Assembly: GCF_947568905.1 (NCBI RefSeq)
Contig: NC_079171.1
Span: 59,272,001-59,336,000 of the forward strand
Length of the DNA: 64,000 nt
Direction: 5' to 3'
DNA from: Ostrea edulis
Lineage: Eukaryota
Position 1 is the stretch's first letter. Every line of letters begins with the position of its first letter. Shown piece by piece: positions 52,801 to 58,800 of this stretch. A model generated the notes under the pieces. It was not told the DNA's origin, did not search any database, and was given only the letters and a program-made list of their open reading frames with translations. The position numbers and the translations under genes are program-made.

Positions 52801-55800
52801 GTTACATCATAGGCGGAGTGATAGACAAAGAGTTAATCGCATCAAACTTGGACATGAATAAACATGATTTACGAGTGTGACAACCCCCCCTCCATTTTGA
52901 CCAAATGTACCTTTATAAAGAAAGTAAATATGGTATCATAGGTAAAAAACAGTTTTCAAAACTCAGTATAATAAAAATACGGTACCGTTATCTTGGGTAT
53001 GCATTGTTTGTTATTAACCTATGGACAGCAATGACAAGCATGCCCTTAACTTCCAATATAAGAAGTGCAAAAATGTAGACCATTGCGAGCTTGACGACGT
53101 GTTATCGATTCGATTTGCAAATCAATAGGGGTCACATCTGAAAAATAAAACCGTATAAGAAGTTGCAGATGAGAAGAATTCTGATATATTGGTATATATC
53201 TCTAAGCGGAGCTCCATACTGCGATGTTAACACATATATGAAAGGTGAAGATGACGAGCAGTGATCAATCTCATAACTCCTACAAGCAATACAAAATAGA
53301 CAGTTCGGCAAACACGGACCCCTGGGCACACCAGTGGTGGGATCAGGTGCCTTGGCGGAGTAAGCATCCTCTGTCGACCGGTCACATCCGCCGTGAGCTA
53401 TATATCCTGATCATATTAATGAATATGTTTGTAAATTATTTTGATTTCATTCATAAGCGTGCTTCTTGATGAGAACTATATAAATGATAGTTTGTTACAA
53501 GGGTTTCATTGGGGGAAAATATAATAATGTTTGATACAAACTATTAAAAAGACTTTAAAATGTGAAATAAAAAAATAAAGAAGGTAAAAGTGAGCTACTT
53601 TCGAATCATGACAAAAAGAACTTGCATACAACGATGACAGTGATGGAGTTTACTCAGCTCCACTAACTTTAATAACTTGAGGTGTAAATATGAACAAAGT
53701 TGTGAAAGAAAAAGGTCAATGCGTTCCATTGTTCACCTGAGTGATATTGACGATTGTGACATTTCAAAAAAAATTCTGTATTCCTATGGAAAGTTTTGAC
53801 CACATATTATGTGATATAATAACTATGATACAAATCAAAATCCAAGGCATAGATATATAAACCCATTAAAAAATCAGCTCAAGACCTATTTCTTAAAAGG
53901 AGATCAAAATCAAAGGTCATGGTTACATAGTCAAAACACTACTACCAAAAAAAGCGTCTTATCATAATGAATACATGCAAGGTTACTTTTAACCTCGACG
54001 TTTTATCTCTCGAAAATATCTCGAAAGTTAAGTCTAACTCCAAGGTAAAGGTCCCAAGGTTAAACATTCAGGCATAAAATGACATTTCTTGTTATACATT
54101 CATTATTTTTACTTTGCCTTACGGGATGTATATGCAATATATCAAAGTCGTAGATAAACGTATGCATATTTTAAGTTTAAGTAGACCGAGATTGAAGGTC
54201 ACCAAGTTTAAAGATTTATAATTTATTCCCATAAGGGATCTATGTGCAAAATATGCAAGTCATAACTCAACTATAACAGGACATATCACCGACAAAATCG
54301 TAGGCTACTTTTTTATAACTTTATGAAATCAAAAGCATATATGCAAATAAACTTCCAGAAATACTTGGTGAATTGATGTACACATATGCTTATAGTCATT
54401 CAAATGCTGATATGTCCCTATGGTTAATGGAAGACATTCCCTTATATTCAATATTAGATGAAGAAGAAAAAAACACATTCTGAGATTGATCACTGTTCGG
54501 TATCTTAACCTTGCATTGATCACCATTATCAGAAAACTGAAAGTTCACAACTTTTGATGATTACAAGTACCTAAGCATTTCTCTTTCTATTAAAATTGTA
54601 ATACTTTTAATATAAATTTCCTGTTTTAAATCATAGTAATTTTACATATCTCAACAAATTCAATACGCAAGAGCTTGTTCTGCGTATACTCAGTTTTTTT
54701 TTAAAAATCGAAGCAGGCTACTGACAAACAAATTGATGGTACTGGGATTTCAACAGTATACAGTTATTAACTGGGCTCGAGGACAATAGCTGATTGGTTG
54801 ACCCGATAACGGATCTGTTGTCCGAAGCTGTAGGCTATCTAATTTCGCAATACAACCTATCATTGGGTCAAATGCAATCTGACGTGTTTCATGCCGATTG
54901 TTAGGCCGTTCGTGGTACACTTATTTTGACTACGGATATATCCGTTTTCGAACAAGATATATAGCCCATGACGGCTTTTGACCGGCCGACATTCGATGTT
55001 TACTCATTCAAGGCACCTGGTCCCACCTCTTGTATGTCCAGGGGTCCGTGTTTGCCCATCTTCTATCTTCTATGTTCGTTATCTTCACTTTTCATCAACC
55101 TCCAATGTCAATGTAACGGGTTTAATTGTTAGTACCACCCGAAGATAAACATCCAAACACCACTGTGAAGGCTAAAGTTTGTGGATATGATTTTGAAATT
55201 TGGGTCAAACTACAAAGTTACAAGCTGAAACATAATGATATAATATAGGACCTTGGCAAAAGCAACTTATCCGTGAAATATGACAGTACCATCTAAACTG
55301 TTTCAAGATATGTGTTAGGTTTTTTGAAAATAGTTCAAACTCCATAGTGAAGTTCAGGAGATTAAAACGTTTGATACCTAAAGAAATACCTTGTTACAAG
55401 GAATGTACACATGAAACATAACAGCCATATACATGTAACTCATCATTCAAAAGTTATTAGCAATGGTAAAGTGTCTTATAGACAGACGGACAGGGCAAAG
55501 AGAAACTTTGTCACACGGAATCTATATTCAAAATATGAAAATCTTAGATACACATACATCGTCTAGATTAGGCTGCCTTCTGTTGTCAAGGGGACAAAAA
55601 GAAAAAAAAAACACCTTTTAAACATACCATTTGGGAACATTTGCATTTTGAATTGATTTAATATTACTCCTCTACTCTTGATTGCATTTCTTTTGCATGC
55701 TTTGATATCCTGCTGTGGCCCCATCCTACCCCCGCGACCCCTGACTTGAACATGCTTGACTTTGCACTACCTGAATATGCTGATCAGGGCAGTATTCCAA

Positions 55801-58800
55801 TGTAAAACTCCCATTCCCTATTGTGGTTGTAACCTTTCACAGAGGACTGTGATTTGAACAACTTTTAATGTAACCTAGAGGACGGTTGCTTGTTAATATA
55901 AGTAAGCATGGTTCTCCTGTTATATAGAAGATATTTAAATAGTTTCCGCTCAGGGGATACCTAATTTGAAGATACTTCAATCTCTTCTTGATTGATTTTG
56001 CATTATTTAACATTCCGCTCGGGATTGTTTATGCACACAACTGGAGACCAGAGATGGGGTAATCGTAATCAGTAATCGTAATTGATTACAATCGATTACA
56101 TATTTTTAAGTAATCGTAATTGTAATTGATTACATTTGTTTTTAAAGCAAAGTAATCGTAATCATAATCAATTACTTTGGCAAAGTAATCGTAATTTATG
56201 ATTACAATAATGATTACAATGATTACTTTATATTTATATTAAAATAATTATTTAATAGATAACAGTTAGAGCTTATGTATGTTATGTGGGCCATCATAAG
56301 ATTTATCCATATCTATATATTATACTTACAGTATTTGCATGTATTCAATAGCAACTAAGGTCTAAATCTGTTTAAATTATTTTAATGTTGTTTTTCTTGT
56401 TCAAAAGCATGTAATCATGATTACTTTTCACAGTAATCGTAATTGTAATCAATTACTTTCAAAATATGTGTAATCGTAATCGTAATCATAGCTTTTCAAA
56501 GTAATCATAATCGTAATCAATTACATTTACAATGTAATCGCCCCATCTCTGCTGGAGACATCATCATAGTCTGTGAAGAGCTGTACAATAGACATATGCT
56601 TGTTGCGTACGGTCGTTGAGCAAGGAGGGGACTTTATCTTACATGTACCACACCTGCTGTGGAAAGGGACCTCAGTTTTCGCAATCTCCTTCGAAGGACC
56701 GCCCCATTTAGTTGCCTTTTAAGAGAAGGACGGAGTACAGATGACCCACGTTAACCCTGGTCGCCACGACCGTATAATGGTAAGGAGATTAGAATTTAAT
56801 AGGTTAACTTTCGTGACTAATTTCACCATCACAATCAATATATTTTTGATTGAATCTGTAAAAACATATATGCCGGATTTACAATTCACTAATCATATGA
56901 ATATCATAGATATACAAATCATATTTCTTCCTCACTTTCTTATTGGTGTAAACCTAATTTTCAATTGTTTTTTACTACTAGGGTATTTTCTTTAAAAAAA
57001 AATCACTAAATACCAATAAACGCGTCCACAAAGTCTTAGAAGACTTCTGTTAAGAAGGATAATGGTTGGCTAAAATAAAGCATCCGTGTGAAAATACGTT
57101 TATGATAATTATATATTTGAGAAGTCATTTGTTACATGCATTTTTACTTAATGTATATATACCATGCCCTATATTACGTTTAATATTCAATTTGAAGCAA
57201 CTGTTTTGTCACAAAAATATAAGAGACTACAAATATGATGCATTATCAGCAATTCCTTATTGTATGTTAAGGTAATATGATTGTGATTTTTTGAAGTCAC
57301 TGCGCTACTCGAACTAACGTACGTAGGCCATGATTGTCGTGACAAATATTGATTTTGACTTTGACTGAAGTCATATTTTGGAAATACAAGAGCATAAATC
57401 AAAACAGTTGTATAGATGCCGTTATAAACGTGTTTTAGCAAATATTACGTAAAATACATAAGCGCGTGATTTTCGACGCAATGTTTACGTTGTTTGCGTT
57501 GACAGCAGGCAGTGTTTGACAGATATGGTGGTACCGCATGCTATTCTATATTTCTAGACCTGTATATTCTGTTTGAAATTGATTCAAAATAGAAATGAAA
57601 GACGGAGTCGCAACACATCGAACAGAATCTTTGCATAATTTAAAAAATACCTTTAGCCAAATTGAACGACAATAAACGTTGGGCTAAAAATTCTGCAAAA
57701 TTTGTATCATGCCAGAGTAATAATAAATATTTTGTATTATATTCCGAGATTTCGTAAATAGTAAAAATAATTGAAAAATATATTTACCCGAAGACTAAAC
57801 ATTTTGTCGGCACATAGGTACATGTGGTACCGCTTGCGTATATACCTGTACATGTATATACTGTCTGCGTCTTGTGAATTAGTTAACGCAATTCATAGGT
57901 TCATCTTTGATACATATAACCTCATGTACCATAATAAGTGGATATATACAAAGCAGACTACGAATTATTTAGCACTGATTTCTGCATATGCACAGCGGAA
58001 TTTAATTACCGATCGATTTACTCATCAGAGATAATGGAGTCCAAATTATGAGGTGTACATGCATGTATTTTTCGCAAAAATAATTGAAATATACGTAAGT
58101 TTAATTGCTAATTTGAATCAAAATTATATATTGTCAGATGTTTGAATTTGAAATCATATAATGACTGTATGCTTCAACTCTAACATAGTACATGTATTTG
58201 ACCCCATGTAATTTTCATTTGCAGATCATGGGGAGAGGGTTGACTTGAACGCGTGTTCTAGACTGCCTCTCATTTACTTTGAAACAGGCATATTTGTTAC
58301 TCAAATTCCATATTGAAATAGACCCGATCCCACCCTAACCCAGATTGCGCAGAAAGATAACCAAGCCAGACATTTGATTATAATTCTTGTTTAAATTTTT
58401 AAATTAATAAAGTAGGGGATCTAGAAGAGATAAAGCACTGAACCCCCCAATCCGCCTAAGCATCCGACCTCACCTCCGGTATGTCCAGGGATTCATGTTT
58501 GATCAACTCTTATTTTGTATTCCTTATAGGAGTTATGAGATTGATCACTGTTCGTTTTCTTCAACTTTCATTAATAGTTTTATGAAAATGTTTAGTGCGA
58601 CATCTTGTTACACCCCTCCCTTTTCGAAACATTGATATATATTTCCAGAATATCAGATGAAACTTTAGAAGAGTTAGAATAAATAGCAATCACATGATTT
58701 ACACATTTGGCATATTTGCAGTTTAGAGGGGTACATAATGTAGATCTACGATACGTAATTTCTTTACGTCAGTATCTAGTTAAATCATTAATAATCTAAT

